Assembly: GCF_963921235.1 (NCBI RefSeq)
Contig: NC_086097.1
Span: forward strand, 234,734,001-234,798,000
From: Mobula hypostoma
Lineage: Eukaryota
Length of the DNA stretch: 64,000 bases
Reading direction: 5' to 3'
In this document: positions 13,811 through 26,538 of the stretch, in pieces
Layout: each line of letters starts with the position of its first letter
How positions within the stretch are numbered: position 1 is the stretch's first letter
Translations under genes and position numbers: made by a program
The notes under the pieces: model-generated
Database searches by the model: none
What the model saw: the letters and a program-made list of their open reading frames with translations, nothing else
Told to the model about the DNA's origin: nothing

Positions 13811-14872
13811 AGACACTAAGACCAAAAGACATAGGAGTAGAATTAGGCCATCCGACCCATTGATTCTGCTCGGCCATTCAATCATGTCTGATCCTTTTAT
13901 CTATCTCCTCCTCAACCCCAGTTCCTGGCATTCTCCCTGTAAACTTTGATACTACATCCAATCAAGAACCTATCAATCTCTGCCTTAAATACACCCAACG
14001 ACCTGGCCTGTGGCATCAAATTCCACAAATTCACCACACTTTGGCTAAAGAAATTTCTCCACATCTCTATTTTGAAAGGGTGGCCTTCTATCCTGAGGCT
14101 GTGCCCTCTTGTCCTAGACTCTCCCACCATTGGAAACACCCTTTCCACATCTACTCTGTCTCGGCTTTTCAACATTCGAAAAGTTTCAATGAGATACCTC
14201 CTCATCCTTCTGAATTCTAGCAAGTACAAACCCAGAGCCAACAAACGTTTCTTGCTTGATAGCCCTTTCATTCCTGGAATCATCCTTGTGAACCTCCTCT
14301 GGACCCAACTCCAATGCCAGCACATCTTTTCTAAGATGAGGGGCCCAAAACTGTTAACAATACTTAAGGTGAGGCCTCACCAACGCCTTATAAAGTCTCA
14401 GCATCATATCCTTGCTCTTGTATTCTGGACCTCTTGAAATGAATGCTAACATGGTATTTGCCTTCCTCAACACCGACTCAACCTGCAAGTTAACCTTCAG
14501 GGTGTTCTGCACAAGGACTCCCAAGTCCCTCTGAATCTCAGATTCCTGGATTTTCTCCCCGTTTAGGAGATTGTGCATACATTTATTTCTACTACCAAAG
14601 TGCATGACCGTGCATTTTCCAAACATTGCATTTCATTTGCCACTTTCTTGCCCATTCTCCTAATTTGTCTAAGTCCTTCTGCATCCTACCTGTTTCCTCA
14701 CACTACCTACTCCTCCACCAATCTTTGTATCATCTGCAAATCTGGTAACAAATCCATCTAATCCATCATCTAAATCATTTACATATAGCATAAAAAGAAG
14801 TGGTCCCAGCACGGATCCCTGAGGAACACCACTAGTCACTGGCAGCCAAGCAGAAAAGGATCATTTTATTCC
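13811..14872 (-). mobile_element. CR1 3' fragment nested in an older CR1
   Basis: LYKALVRPHL and RTRGHSLRI motifs; tail at 13811. Confidence 0.9.
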
Positions 14873-15231
14873 TTTAATTCGCAATCCTCTTCACCCTGCA
14901 AACACATCTCTGTAATGGCAACTAAATCATACCCCTTTGTACTGATTTGTGCCACAAGTTCACTGTGACCTTGTTTCGAACACTGTGGGTTTTCAAATAA
15001 AGTGGCCTTATACTGATTGCGCTTGTAAAATCTTGTAATCTTTATCTTTATTCTTATAAGGATTTATCCTTATCCACAATTTTCTTTCTTACTTTCTCCT
15101 TACTTCTCCAATTTGTTGACCCCCCCTCCCAACTACTTAGTTTAAAGCCCTATCCACAACCCTAGTTATACGATTCACAAGGATCCAGGCGGAACCCATC
15201 CTATTGGAACAGCTCCCTTCTGCACAATCCT

Positions 15232-15830
15232 GATTTGATGGAGGCAAACGTGAGAAGCACGGAGGAACATCTGGTGAAACTTCTGAAATGCCCACTTCTC
15301 TGCGACTGCTACTATGCGATTGAGAATCTCCGGAGGGGAAGGCCCCAAATCCTTGGCTTTGCCTATTGCCCGTTTCCGGGGCCAGGGTCGAAGCACTTGG
15401 CAGAGATGGTGCTCGGTGCTCGGTGTCGGAGGCTCGAAGTTTTCGGACGGACTCAGAGTCGGCTGTGGTTGGGTACTTCCAGGATGCTGCATCGGCAAGT
15501 TTGTGGCGCTGGAAGCTCATGGCAGGGAGAGTTTCTTCCTTCTACTGTCTGCGTGAGATGATGGGACTTTCGAGAGACTTTGAGACTTTTTTTTTTACCG
15601 TGTCCATGGTCTGTTCTTTATCAAATTACTGTATTGCTTTGCACTGTTGTAACTATATGTTATAATTATGTGGTTTTTGTCAGTTTTTTTAGTCTTGCTT
15701 TGTCTTGTGTTTCTGTGATATCATTCTGGAGGAACATTGTATCATTTCTTAATGCATGCATTACTAAATGACAATAAAAGAGGACTGCGTGTCCTCATAA
15801 AATAATATAACATAATAAAGTAATCTAATC
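15232..15830 (+). mobile_element. Non-coding non-autonomous retroelement (family also at 44910-45512 and 46495-47097, minus strand)
   Basis: Interrupts a CR1; shared 3' end gacaataaaagaggactgcgtgtcctcataa with a simple-repeat tail. Confidence 0.7.
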
Positions 15831-16997
15831 TTCCTCAACATTGGTGCCAATTTCCCATGAATTCAAACCCACTTCTCCCACACCATTCCTTGAGCCATGC
15901 ATTTAACTCTCTAACCTTCTTGACCCTATTCCAATTTGCATGTGGCTCAGGTAGTAATCCAGAGATTACCATCCTTTTGGTTCTCCTTTTTAAATTAGTC
16001 CCTAGCTGCTCAAATTCCCTCAGCAGAACTTCTTTCCTTGTTCTACCTATGTTGTTGGTACCCTCAGTGACCACAGCAACTGAATTTTTCCCCTCCCACT
16101 GCAAATTCCTCTGCAGGTCAGATAACATGTCCCGAACCCTTGCACCGGGCAATCAACACAGCCTTCAGGATGCCCTATCCTCGCGACAGAGAGCTCTCTC
16201 TATTCCCCTGACTATACTATCCCCAGTTACCACTACATTTCTCTTCTTTCCCCCCTCTTGAATGGATCCCTGAGCTAGGGTGCCACAGTTAGGTTGCTCA
16301 CCCTTCCTACAGCCCCCACTCTCATCTACACAGGGAGCAAGAATCACAGACCTGTTGGACAAGCTCAAGGGCTGAGGCTTCTCCAGCATTGTCTTTTGGA
16401 TCCCACTAACCACCTTACTTGCAGTCACACCCTCTTGTCCCTGACCACAGATGGAATTTGGTGCAGCTAATCTAATGGGTGTGACTACGTCCTGAAGCAG
16501 AGGATCCAGGTAACTCTCCCCCTCCCTGATGTGCCAGTGAGTGTTTGAAGCTCAGATTCCAGGCCATCAACTTTAAGCCTGAGTTCCTCAAGCAGCCAAC
16601 ACTTGCTGCAGATGTGGTCACCAGGAACCTCCATGAGGTCCACCAGCTCCCAGACCAGCACATCACCTGATCCTGCATCATCCTTACTTTATTTAATTAG
16701 CTGTAATTTAGTGACTTTTTATTCAACCACTCCAAAAGCCTTACCTGCTACTTACCTGTGCCTCATCACTGAAGTCTCTTGAGCCAAGGCTTCAAGTTCC
16801 CACTTCTACGCTGGTCGACATACACAATGACCGCTATGCCTTGACTCTGCTTTACTTTTATTTGCTCCTGCTAATGTGTCATGAATCAATTGGTCCACTG
16901 CCAATGCACCGAGCCCCATGAAACACTCCTTTTCTAAACTCTTCTCCTCGACCAGTGCAAAGCTCTCTCTCTGCGAATCGATTGGTCCATCGCTAAT

Positions 16998-17300
16998 ATG
17001 AAGCGTAGGTGCTTGGCGAAGCAGTCTCCCAATCTATCGATATACAGGAGGCCACACCAGGAGCACTGGCCACAGTATATGACCCCAACAGATTCACAGG
17101 TGAAGTGTCACCTCACTCGGAAGGACTGTTTGGGGCTCTGAATGGTAGTGAGGGAGGAGGTGTAGGTCCAGGTGTAGCACTTGTTCCACATTTTGTTTCT
17201 CCATTTGTGGTAAGGGGTCTTGGCCTGAAACTTCGACTGTAGTTTTTTCCACAGATGCTCTCTGGTCTGCTGAGTTCCTCCAGCATTTTTTGTGTGTTGT
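16998..17300. mobile_element. PLE GIY-YIG fragment (minus) joined to a hammerhead/tail remnant (plus)
   Basis: 17000-17185 is similar to 31490-31670; ggggtcttggcctgaaacttcgact near 17215-17240. Confidence 0.75.
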
Positions 17301-17479
17301 AACTCTAGGCCTAATACAAGATAAATAAAACATCATAAGCACAAATAATGCATAAAACAACAAATATAAATGCTTAAGGTACATACAATAAACATAACTA
17401 CGTAAATACATAGACTGTATGTACATGTATTTATGCTTTTATATTTTATCGTATGTTTATTTTGTATGTATTGCATGGA

Positions 17480-18010
17480 GAGTCCAGGGTTGGGTAGCAC
17501 GTCTGGTGAAGGGGCTCATCATATCCATTCTGGGACACCTCACTCACCTTTGGTCCTCACTAGACACTCAGCTTGCATTGGTGCTCCAAGTAGCAGTTTG
17601 CATGCGACAGCAGCCACACCCTGGTGCACGACTTTGACAGGCGGGCAAAACCAGGTGAGGGTAGCCAGTGGGTCTGATACTCTGGGTGAGATAGGGACAT
17701 GCCTCTCGCGGCACGTGAAGTCAGCTTCGGCGGAGGAGGCGGACGAGATTTATAGTGAGATCCAACGACCAGGAAAGCAGTTCTGCATCGCTCCATGGGA
17801 AACCAAGGGCATCACAAGGCCCGGAAGATGTCATGGTCATCTGATGCAATCAAGGAAGACCCCAGTTTGTGATGCTTGTTTGTACCGCTGATCCCAGACT
17901 CCTGAGGTTGAGAGGGTGGAACCGTCACAGTGCAGTGGCTTTTCCACTTTAAAATCTCTCCCACACAGATCTCCTGTCATCGTTGGACACAATGACCAAG
18001 CACCACTGTA
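17480..18010 (+). mobile_element. Probable SINE or non-autonomous retroelement, family uncertain
   Basis: GC/CpG-rich non-coding block with sharp edges. Confidence 0.35.
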
Positions 18011-18939
18011 TGTGCGTAAAGTGACTCTAGGTACAGGCGTATCTGTACATCAAGGAAATGATAAAGTAGTGGTGGTGAGAGGCGTCGTGTAGTGGGTTAG
18101 TGTGTGGAGGTATTGCTCAGCCTGACGGCTTGCGAGAAGTAAGCTTCTCAGTCCAGTGGTCCTGGTGTTTTGCTGCGTAGCCATGTCCCTGATGGGAGTG
18201 GGATAAACAGCCCACGAGAAGGGTTGATGGGCTCCTTCTCACTAATCAACTGCATCGTATGTTCTTTCCGAAACTTGGGAGGATGAAAACTGCAGGGGAA
18301 GAGTAAGGTGGGAAGGGTTGAGACTCTGCCACAAACGCAGTTGGGAAATAGTGTCAGTGTATCACTAAAGAAATATCTTCATTGAATAAAAAGCTCATTA
18401 TGTTCGATGATCTAATTTATAGCTGGGTAATGAAGTTAATCATCAAATGTTGTAATAAAAGTAATGAAAGTGAAATGAATGCCACTTTACCAGAAATTGT
18501 AAGATACTGCTATCTAATAACGTGCCAAAGCACGCAGTTGTGTGAATGGCTGACCACCTCAAGGCAGAAATTGAAAGCAATTAGTTCACTTTAAAAGAGG
18601 AAGATAGAAGCAAGCAACCTGAAATTTGTTGTTATTAATGAAATACAGAGTGTTGTTCCCAGTGGTTACATAGACAGCCCACTAATTAAATGGCATAAGT
18701 TTCTCATAAATGAAAAACTAATATCACAAGGGATTTGCCTGTTGATACAATGAATTAACTTGACCATGTAGCACAAGTAAACAAGGACAACTACTTCTAT
18801 TCATGTAGCAGGATTTGTATTAAAAGCATTTATCTGAATGTTTTTCACATCTTTTTAATAATGCTCTGAAATACTTTAAAGGCAATTAACTACATTTGAG
18901 TGCCTTCCTTACCACTGACACAATGCGCAAGCTAACTAT

Positions 18940-20920
18940 ATGGTATCCTGCAAGAGGACTCTCAACTCCCTTTATACTTCTGATTTCTGAATTTGCTCCT
19001 GGTTTAGAAAGTAGTCCATACCTTTACTCCTTCTACCAAAGTGTATGACAACACACTTCCCTACACTGTATCCATCTGCCACTTCTTTGCCTATTCTCCT
19101 AATCTGTCTAAGTCCTTCTCTAGCCTTGCTGCTTCCTCAACATTCCCTGCTTCTCTACCTATCTTCATATCATCTGCAAACTTGTCCACAAAGCCATCAA
19201 TCCCATCATCCAAATCACTGACATACAACGTAAAAATAAGGGGTCCCAATTCCACTACAGAACACCACTAGTCACCAGTAGACAATAAGAGGCTCCCTTT
19301 ATTTCCACTCTTTGCCTCCTGCCAATCAGCCAATTCCCTATCCATGCTAATATCTTTCCTGTCATCATCACCATTGTCCCTGTGCTGAAGAAGTCTTCAG
19401 CGTCCTGCCTCAACGACTACCGTCCCGTTGCACTCATATCCATCATCATGAAGTGTTTTGAGAGGCTCGTCATGAGGCACATCAAGACCCTGCTGCCCCC
19501 TTTACTGGACTCCCTGCAGTTCACGTATCATCCCAACCGTTCACAGACGATGCTGTTGCCATCACCCTCCACCTGGCCCTAACCCACCTAGACACGTATG
19601 TTTGAATGATGTTCATAGACTTCAGTTCAGCATTCAACACAATCATTCCTCAGAAACTGATTGGAAAGCTGAGCTGACTGGGCCTGAACACCTCCCTCTG
19701 CAACTGGATCCTAGACTTCCTGACTGGGAGACCTCAGTCAGTCCGGATCGGAAGCAGCATCTCCAACACCATCACACTGAGCATGGGGGCCCCCCAGGGC
19801 TGTGTGCTCAGTCCACTGCTGTTCACTCTGCTGACCCACGACTGTGCTGCAACACATAGCTCAAGCCACATCATCAGGTTGGCTGATGACACGACCATGG
19901 TGGGTCTCATCAGCAAGAATGATGAGTCAATATACAGAGAGGAGATGCAGCTGCTAACGGATTGGTGCAGAGCCAACAACCTGTCTCTGAATGTGAACAA
20001 AACAAAAGAGATGGTTGTTGACTTCAGGAGGACACAGAGCAACCACTCTCCACTGAACATCGACGACTCCTCCGTAGAGATCATTAGGAGCATCAAGTTT
20101 CTTGGTGTTCACCTGGCGGAGAATCTCTCCTGGTCCCTCCACGCCAGCTCCATAGCAAAGGAAGCCCAGCAGCATCTCTACTTTCTGTGAAGGCTAAGAA
20201 AAGTCCATCTCCCACCCCCCATCCTCACCACATTCCACGGAGGTTGTATTGAGAGCATCCTGAGCAGCTGCATCACTGCCTGGTTCGGAAATCGCACCAT
20301 CTCAGATTGCAAGACCCTACAGCGGATAGTGAGGTCAGCTGAGAAGATCATCGGGTCTCTCTTCCCGCCATTACAGACAATTACACCACACCTTGCATCC
20401 GCCAAGCAAACAACATTATGAAGGACCCCACGCACCCCTCATACAAACTCTTCTCCCTCCTGCCATCTGGCAAAAGGCACCGAAGTATTTGGGCTCTCAC
20501 AACTAGACTGTGCAACACTTTCTTCCCCCAAGTCATCAGACTCCTCAATACCCAGAGCCTGGACTGACACCAACCTACTGCCCTCTACTGTGCCTATTGT
20601 CTTGTTTATTATTTATGGTAATGCCTTCACTGTTTTGTGCACTTCATGCAGTCCTGGATAGTGTGGTTTTTGTGTTGTTTTACATAGTTCAGTGTAGTTT
20701 TTATATTGTCTCACATAGCACCATGGTCCTGGAAAACGTTGTCTCATTTTTATAATGTACTGTACCAGCAGTTATGGTCGAAATAGCAATTAAAAAGTGA
20801 CTTGACTTGACATACCATTGGCTCTAACCTTGCTAAGTAGCCTCATGTGTGGTACCTTGTCAAAGGCCCTATAAAAATCCAAGTACACAGCATCCACCAA
20901 TTTTCCTTTGTCTATCCCTT
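18940..20920 (-). mobile_element. CR1 RT fragment split by a Rex1 insertion
   Basis: Homology breaks at 19361 (atctttcctgt) and resumes at 20811 (cataccatt). Confidence 0.8.
19362..20810 (+). mobile_element. Rex1/Babar LINE, 5' truncated and frameshifted
   Basis: [45 protein letters not shown]; (gactt)n tail. Confidence 0.9.
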
Positions 20921-21085
20921 TATCGGTTTCACCCATCACCTAGTATTTCTTCCTTCTCTTCCCCCGGCTTCATACATTTTTTCTCCAGTCCTGATGAAGA
21001 GTTACAGCCCAAACCATCAACTGATTACTCTTTTTCATAGATGCTGCATGGCCTGCTGAGTTTCTCTAGCAATCAGTGCGTGTTG
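20920..21085 (+). mobile_element. PLE 3' end with degenerate hammerhead
   Basis: agtcctgatgaagagttacagcccaaaccatcaact followed by the tail. Confidence 0.7.
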
Positions 21086-21365
21086 CCATTGCCTTCTTCT
21101 GGGTGGTGTCTTTATAAGATGGGTGACCCCAGCCATTGTCAATACTCTTCAGAGATTGTCTGCCTGGCGTCAGTGGTTGCATACCAGGGTGTGATATGCA
21201 CCAGCTGCTCATACAACCATCCACCATCTGCTCCCATCACTTCACCTGACCCTGACTGTGGGCTAAGCAGGTGCTATACTTTGCCCAAGGGTGACCTGCA
21301 GGTTAGTGGAAGGAAGGAGTGCCTTACGCATCATTTTGTAGAGACATATCTTCACCCCATCACCC
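21085..21365 (-). mobile_element. SINE-like repeat (second copy at 50550-50905)
   Basis: Shared caatactcttcagagattgtctgc...gggctaagcaggtgcta...gtagagac; orientation inferred. Confidence 0.65.
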
Positions 21366-23739
21366 ACTTTCCTCAGCATTCAGAGGAAAACAAATTACTT
21401 TTGTTTTCCTATGCTCCAGAATTCCTTAGAAAGTGGGAGTTTTTGCAAGTGAAATACAAAGGGAAGTTGAATGTCCTGCCCAAACATGAACTTAGTAACT
21501 GCAGATCTGCTGTGGCAACTTGAATTCTATTCATTGGCGCCGAGCTTTCAGCCTTCATCTAGTACATCAATGCTTCACCAACAAGACACCCTGTTACAGG
21601 AAGGTGGGACATTTGATTCTGATGGTTTAAATATGATGTCCCCATGAACAGTTGCTGTTGGGATAGCTCCTCTTTAAGATCTCACTGGAGCTGTGATGAG
21701 ACTCCCTTAGCACTTCAAGTAGCTGAATGGTAAAATCTAATGACCAACACACAGATGTTAGAACACACACAAAACACAGCACACAGACATACTAGAATGC
21801 TGCCTGAATTAGAGAGCATGTCTTATGAAAAGAAGCTCATTGAGCTAGGGCTTTTCTCTTTGGAGCGAAGGAAGTGACATGATAGAGGCATAGATAAAGT
21901 GGCCAGTCAACACCATTTTCCCAGGATAGAACTGGCTCGTTCAAAAGGAAATGCTGAGTTCCTCCAGCATTTTGTGTGTGTTGCTCTGGATTTCCAGCAC
22001 CTGCAGACTTCCCCGTGTTTATGATTTGCTGCTCCATTGCGAAGTTGAGGGATGCTAACCCTGAAGAAGTTTAAACCTTCCCTTCGACAGAAGGTTATTG
22101 GAACCATTTCTCACTGCTTTCCCTCTGTAATCTCTGTTGCTCTCCGACTCTTCAAGCATGTGCTCACCCAAACCCACTACCTCAGCCACATATCCTTCCT
22201 GGGAGCTCGTCTTCATTGCCATCTTGTGCCACATGGCTTCCACCTCCATTTTCAGGTCTCTTGGTTTGGACCCACCAAGGATCCCAGGTCCCATGCTTCT
22301 CCCGCTGCTCCTCTCCTCACATTCTATGTGCCACCCTTTCTGCCATGCAGAGATACCTGGTGGCCTTGCCTCAGTGGCTGCCACAGCTCCAGGCCTCGCT
22401 CAACCCTGCCTGTCATGGACTTCTCTGACATTTCATCCCTCACTGGATCCATGCCTTGAATCGCCGGTTCTTTGCCTTTCTCATATTCAGCAAGGAGCAG
22501 AAGATCACCCATCTCCAGGATGCAGATCCCGTTGTCTCCAACTCCTATGGACCTGGATGCCCCCAGACAGTGATCACTGAATGCCTCCTGCTTGGATATC
22601 GATTCTATCAGACCTCCCAGGATTACCAATCTCTCCAACTCCATCCCCAACCTCAATGGCTCTGGACACCTCTGGATCAGTGACAACAACCCCAAGCTTA
22701 TCCAGAAGCCATATTCCACTGCCATCAACGCTGGTTCCTATCACCCGAGACGTCTTCAAACTGCAAATTGCATGTCCTCCAGCTCGACTCCAGCCTGGAC
22801 CTTGACCGCCAGCACCTCCAAGCCGACACATTACACTCTATTGCTGGTCCCCCAACCTCCCTTTCTCCCACCACCAGTCTCCAATCCCATGTCTCTCTGG
22901 ACCAACTATCAGCTCTTAGATCCTTGGAGTCTCCTTCTCCTCCCACTTCACCTTCCCAGAACACCCCAACCCTCCTCTGCACTCTGGTACCACTGGCTCT
23001 CCTTCCACCCCACCACCCTCTGATCCCATTTCTAATCATTGTCGAGTCTACACATTTCCCTCCGACCTTCTCCTCTCTGGGCAGAATGTTCTATCCTCAG
23101 TAAGGGCCTCACAGTTGTCCCCCATTGCCTGCACCTTTATGAGTTCCGTGCCCGCTATGACATCATGCTCTTCTTACATCGCCTCCGTCTCTGAGCCCAC
23201 TTCTTTGGCAAGGATTCCACACCCCTCGCTGATGACCCCTTCTCCTGTCTCCAACCCTCCTCCTATTCTTGGGCATGCCGCTCTGGTTCCCTGCCTGATC
23301 TGAATCTTTTAATCTCGAACTGCCTACAAGATATCGACCATCTGGACTTCAGCATTCCTCTCTCCTCCTCCAACCTTGCCCCTATAAAGACTCTGCCATC
23401 CACTCTGTCTGTCGCAATCCCGACCTTACCGTTCAACCCACAGACAAAATGGATGCTGTCGTAGTGTGGCACACTGACCTCTACCTTGCTAAGGTCAGGG
23501 AGAATCTCTCAGACACCTCCTCATGCCTACCCCTCGAGGAGGACCCCACTCCACACTATCAGAAAACCACACAATATGCAGTCTGAAGACGTCGAGGGTT
23601 ATAGGAACAGGCATTGACTGTGGTGGAATACAAGTTCTGGATCCGCTCGGGGGTCATTGGAACTGAGGTTGACAATAATAATGTCACCAGTCCAGCAGTG
23701 CCCAGAGCCATCAGGACTGGGGATGGAGCTGGAGAGATC

Positions 23740-24270
23740 ATAATAAGGCCATAAGATATAGGAGCAGAATTAGACCATTTGGCCCATCGAGTCTGCTCCA
23801 TCATCTCATCATGTCTGGTCCAGTTTTCCTCTCAGCCCCAGTCTCCTGCCTTCTCCCCGTATCCCTTCATTTCCTGACCAATTAAGAATCTATCAACCTC
23901 TGCCTTAAATATGTATAAAGACTTGGCCACCACAGCTGCCTGTGGTTAAGAATTCCACAGATTCACCACTATCTGGCTAAAGAAATTCCTCCTCATCTCC
24001 ATTCTCAAAGGACATCCCTCTATTCTGAGGCAGTGTCCTCTGGTCTTAGACTCTCCCACCATAGGAAACATCCACTCAATCAAGCCCTTTCACCACTTGA
24101 TAGGTCATCACTCATTCTTCTGAATTCTAGTGAATATGGGACCACAGCCATCAAACACTTTCATATGATAAGCCATTCAATCCTAGAATCATTTTCATAA
24201 ACCTCCTTTGAACCCTCTCTAGTTTCAGCACATCAGCACATAAAAATGCTTTATAAAGTTTCAAGACCAT
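23740..24270 (-). mobile_element. CR1 3' fragment
   Basis: LERVQRRF motif, CR1 3' UTR and tail. Confidence 0.85.
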
Positions 24271-24556
24271 CATTCCATAAGACTGTAATCTGGGGATGTC
24301 TGATGAAATCAAGGTCTGAGAAAGAGCTCTGACACTATCACTGACCTCATCCACTCTTGAGGACTCCCTTCCACTGTCACCAAAATCATAGTTTTCCGAC
24401 CGCACACTTCTCACTTCTACCTCCGACCTAAGATCCACAAACTGGGCTGTACGGGCAGACCTATAGTCTCTGCCCGTTCCTGCACTACTGAACTCATGTC
24501 CTCATATCCATTCTATTTCCCTTGATTCAGTCCCTGACCATTTACATCCATGACAA

Positions 24557-26538
24557 ATTAGCCAGAAAAAAGTGGCTCACCTGAGGAATGGGAGAAGTTC
24601 AGAGTTCAGCAGAGGAGGACAAAGGGCTTAATTAGGAAGGGGAAAAAAGATTATGAGAGAAAACTGGCAGGGAACATAAAAACTGACTGTAAAAGCTTTT
24701 ATAGATATGTAAAAAGGAAAAGACTGGTAAAGACAAATGTAGGTCCCCTACAGACAGAAACAGGTGAATTGATTATGGGGAGCAAGGACATGGCAGACCA
24801 ATTGAATAATTACTTTGGTTCTGTCTTCACTAAGGAGGACATAAATAATCTTCCAGAAATAGTAGGGGACAGAGGGTCCAGTGAGATGGAGGAACTGAGC
24901 AAAATACATGTTAGTAGGGAAGTGGTGTTGGGTAAATTGAAGGGATTAAAGGCTGATAAATTCCCAGGGCCAGATGGTCTGCATCCCAGAGTGCTTAAGG
25001 AAGTAGCCCAAGAAATAGTGGATGCATTAGTGATAATTTTTCAAAACTTGTTAGATTCTGGACTAGTTCCTGAGGATTGGAGGGTGGCTAATGTAACCCC
25101 ACTTTTTAAAAAAGGAGGGAGAGAGAAACTGGGGAATTATAGACCGGTTAGCCTAACGTCGGTGGTGGGGAGACTGCTGGAGTCAGTTATCAAAGATGTG
25201 ATAACAGCACATTTGGAAAGCGGCAAAATCATCGGACAAAGTCAGCATGGATTTGTGAAAGGAAAATCATGTCTGACGAATCTCATAGAATTTTTTGAGG
25301 ATGTAACTAGTAGAGTGGATAGGGGAGAACCAGTAGATGTAGTATATTTGGATTTTCAAAAGGTTTTTGACAAGGTCCCACACAGGAGATTAGTGTGCAA
25401 ACTTAAAGCACACGGTATTGGGGGTAAGGTATTGGTGTGGGTGGAGAATTGGTTAGCAGACAGGAAGCAAGGAGTGGGAATAAACAGGACCTTTTCAGAA
25501 TGGCAGGCAGTGTCTAGTGGGGTACCGCAAGGCTCAGTGCTGGGACCCCAGTTGTTTACAATATATATTAATGACTTGGATGACGGAATTAAATGCAGCA
25601 TCTCCAAGTTTGCGGATGACACGAAGCTGGGTGGCAGTGTTAGCAGTGAGGAGGATGCTAAGAGGATGCAGAGTGACTTGGATAGGTTGGGTGAGTGGGC
25701 AAATTCATGGCAGATGCAATTTAATGAGGATAAATGTGAAGTTATCCACTTTGGTGGCAAAAATAGGAAAACAGATTATTATCTGAACGGTGGCCGATTA
25801 GGAAAAGGGGAGGTGCAACGAGACCTGGGTGTCGTTATACACCAGTCATTGAAAGTGGGCATGCAGGTACAGCAGGCGGTGAAAAAAGCGATGCTGGCAT
25901 TTATAGCGAGAGGATTCGAGTACAGGAGCAGGGAGGTACTACTACAGTTGTACAAGGCTTTGGTGAGACCACACCTGGAGTATTGTGTGCAGTTTTGGAC
26001 CCCTAATCTGAGGAAAGACATCCTTGCCATAGAGGGAGTACAAAGAAGGTTCACCAGATTGATTCCTGGGCTGGCAGGACTTTCATATGAAGAAAGACTG
26101 GATGAACTGGGCTTGTACTCGTTGGAATTTAGAAGATTGAGGGGGGATCTGATTGAAACGTATAAAATCCTAAAGGGATTGGACAGGCTAGATGCAGGAA
26201 GATTGTTCCCGATGTTGGGGAAGTCCAGAACGAGGGGTCACAGTTTGAGGATAGAGGGGAAGCCTTTTAGGACCGAGTTTAGGAAAAACTTCTTCACACA
26301 GAGAGTGGTGAATCTGTGGAATTCTCTGCCACAGGAAACAGTTGAGGCCAGTTCATTGGCTATATTTAAGAGGGAGTTAGATATGGCCCTTGTGGCTACG
26401 GGGATCAGGGGGTATGGAGGGAAGGCTGGTGCATGGTTCTGAGTTGAATGATCAGCCATGATCATAATAAATGGCGGTGCAGGCTCGAAGGGCCGAATGG
26501 CCTACTCCTGCACCTATTTTGTATGTTTCTATGTTTCT
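24557..26538 (+). mobile_element. Young 5'-truncated CR1
   Basis: Uninterrupted ORF; (tatgtttc)n tail; TSD atgacaa at 24550-24556 and 26539-26545. Confidence 0.95.
24769..26442 (+). CDS. CR1 ORF2 reverse transcriptase and C-terminus (557 aa, endonuclease missing)
   Basis: [45 protein letters not shown]. Confidence 0.92.
   Translation: MIMGSKDMADQLNNYFGSVFTKEDINNLPEIVGDRGSSEMEELSKIHVSREVVLGKLKGLKADKFPGPDGLHPRVLKEVAQEIVDALVIIFQNLLDSGLVPEDWRVANVTPLFKKGGREKLGNYRPVSLTSVVGRLLESVIKDVITAHLESGKIIGQSQHGFVKGKSCLTNLIEFFEDVTSRVDRGEPVDVVYLDFQKVFDKVPHRRLVCKLKAHGIGGKVLVWVENWLADRKQGVGINRTFSEWQAVSSGVPQGSVLGPQLFTIYINDLDDGIKCSISKFADDTKLGGSVSSEEDAKRMQSDLDRLGEWANSWQMQFNEDKCEVIHFGGKNRKTDYYLNGGRLGKGEVQRDLGVVIHQSLKVGMQVQQAVKKAMLAFIARGFEYRSREVLLQLYKALVRPHLEYCVQFWTPNLRKDILAIEGVQRRFTRLIPGLAGLSYEERLDELGLYSLEFRRLRGDLIETYKILKGLDRLDAGRLFPMLGKSRTRGHSLRIEGKPFRTEFRKNFFTQRVVNLWNSLPQETVEASSLAIFKRELDMALVATGIRGYGGKAGAWF

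Larger units (their letters stand above)
12115..16990 (-). mobile_element. CR1 (5' UTR, ORF1 esterase, endonuclease, RT N-half), 3' truncated, with two nested insertions
   Basis: TGDSIVRG, PGARVRD, GTNNIG, ISGLLP and NYRPVSFTSVVGK motifs in order. Confidence 0.88.

Noticed and set aside
24769..26442. RT as a retron, DGR, group II intron or domesticated gene
   Set aside because: It has a typical CR1 ORF2 C-terminus, 3' tail and TSD, and many paralogous fragments occur in the window.
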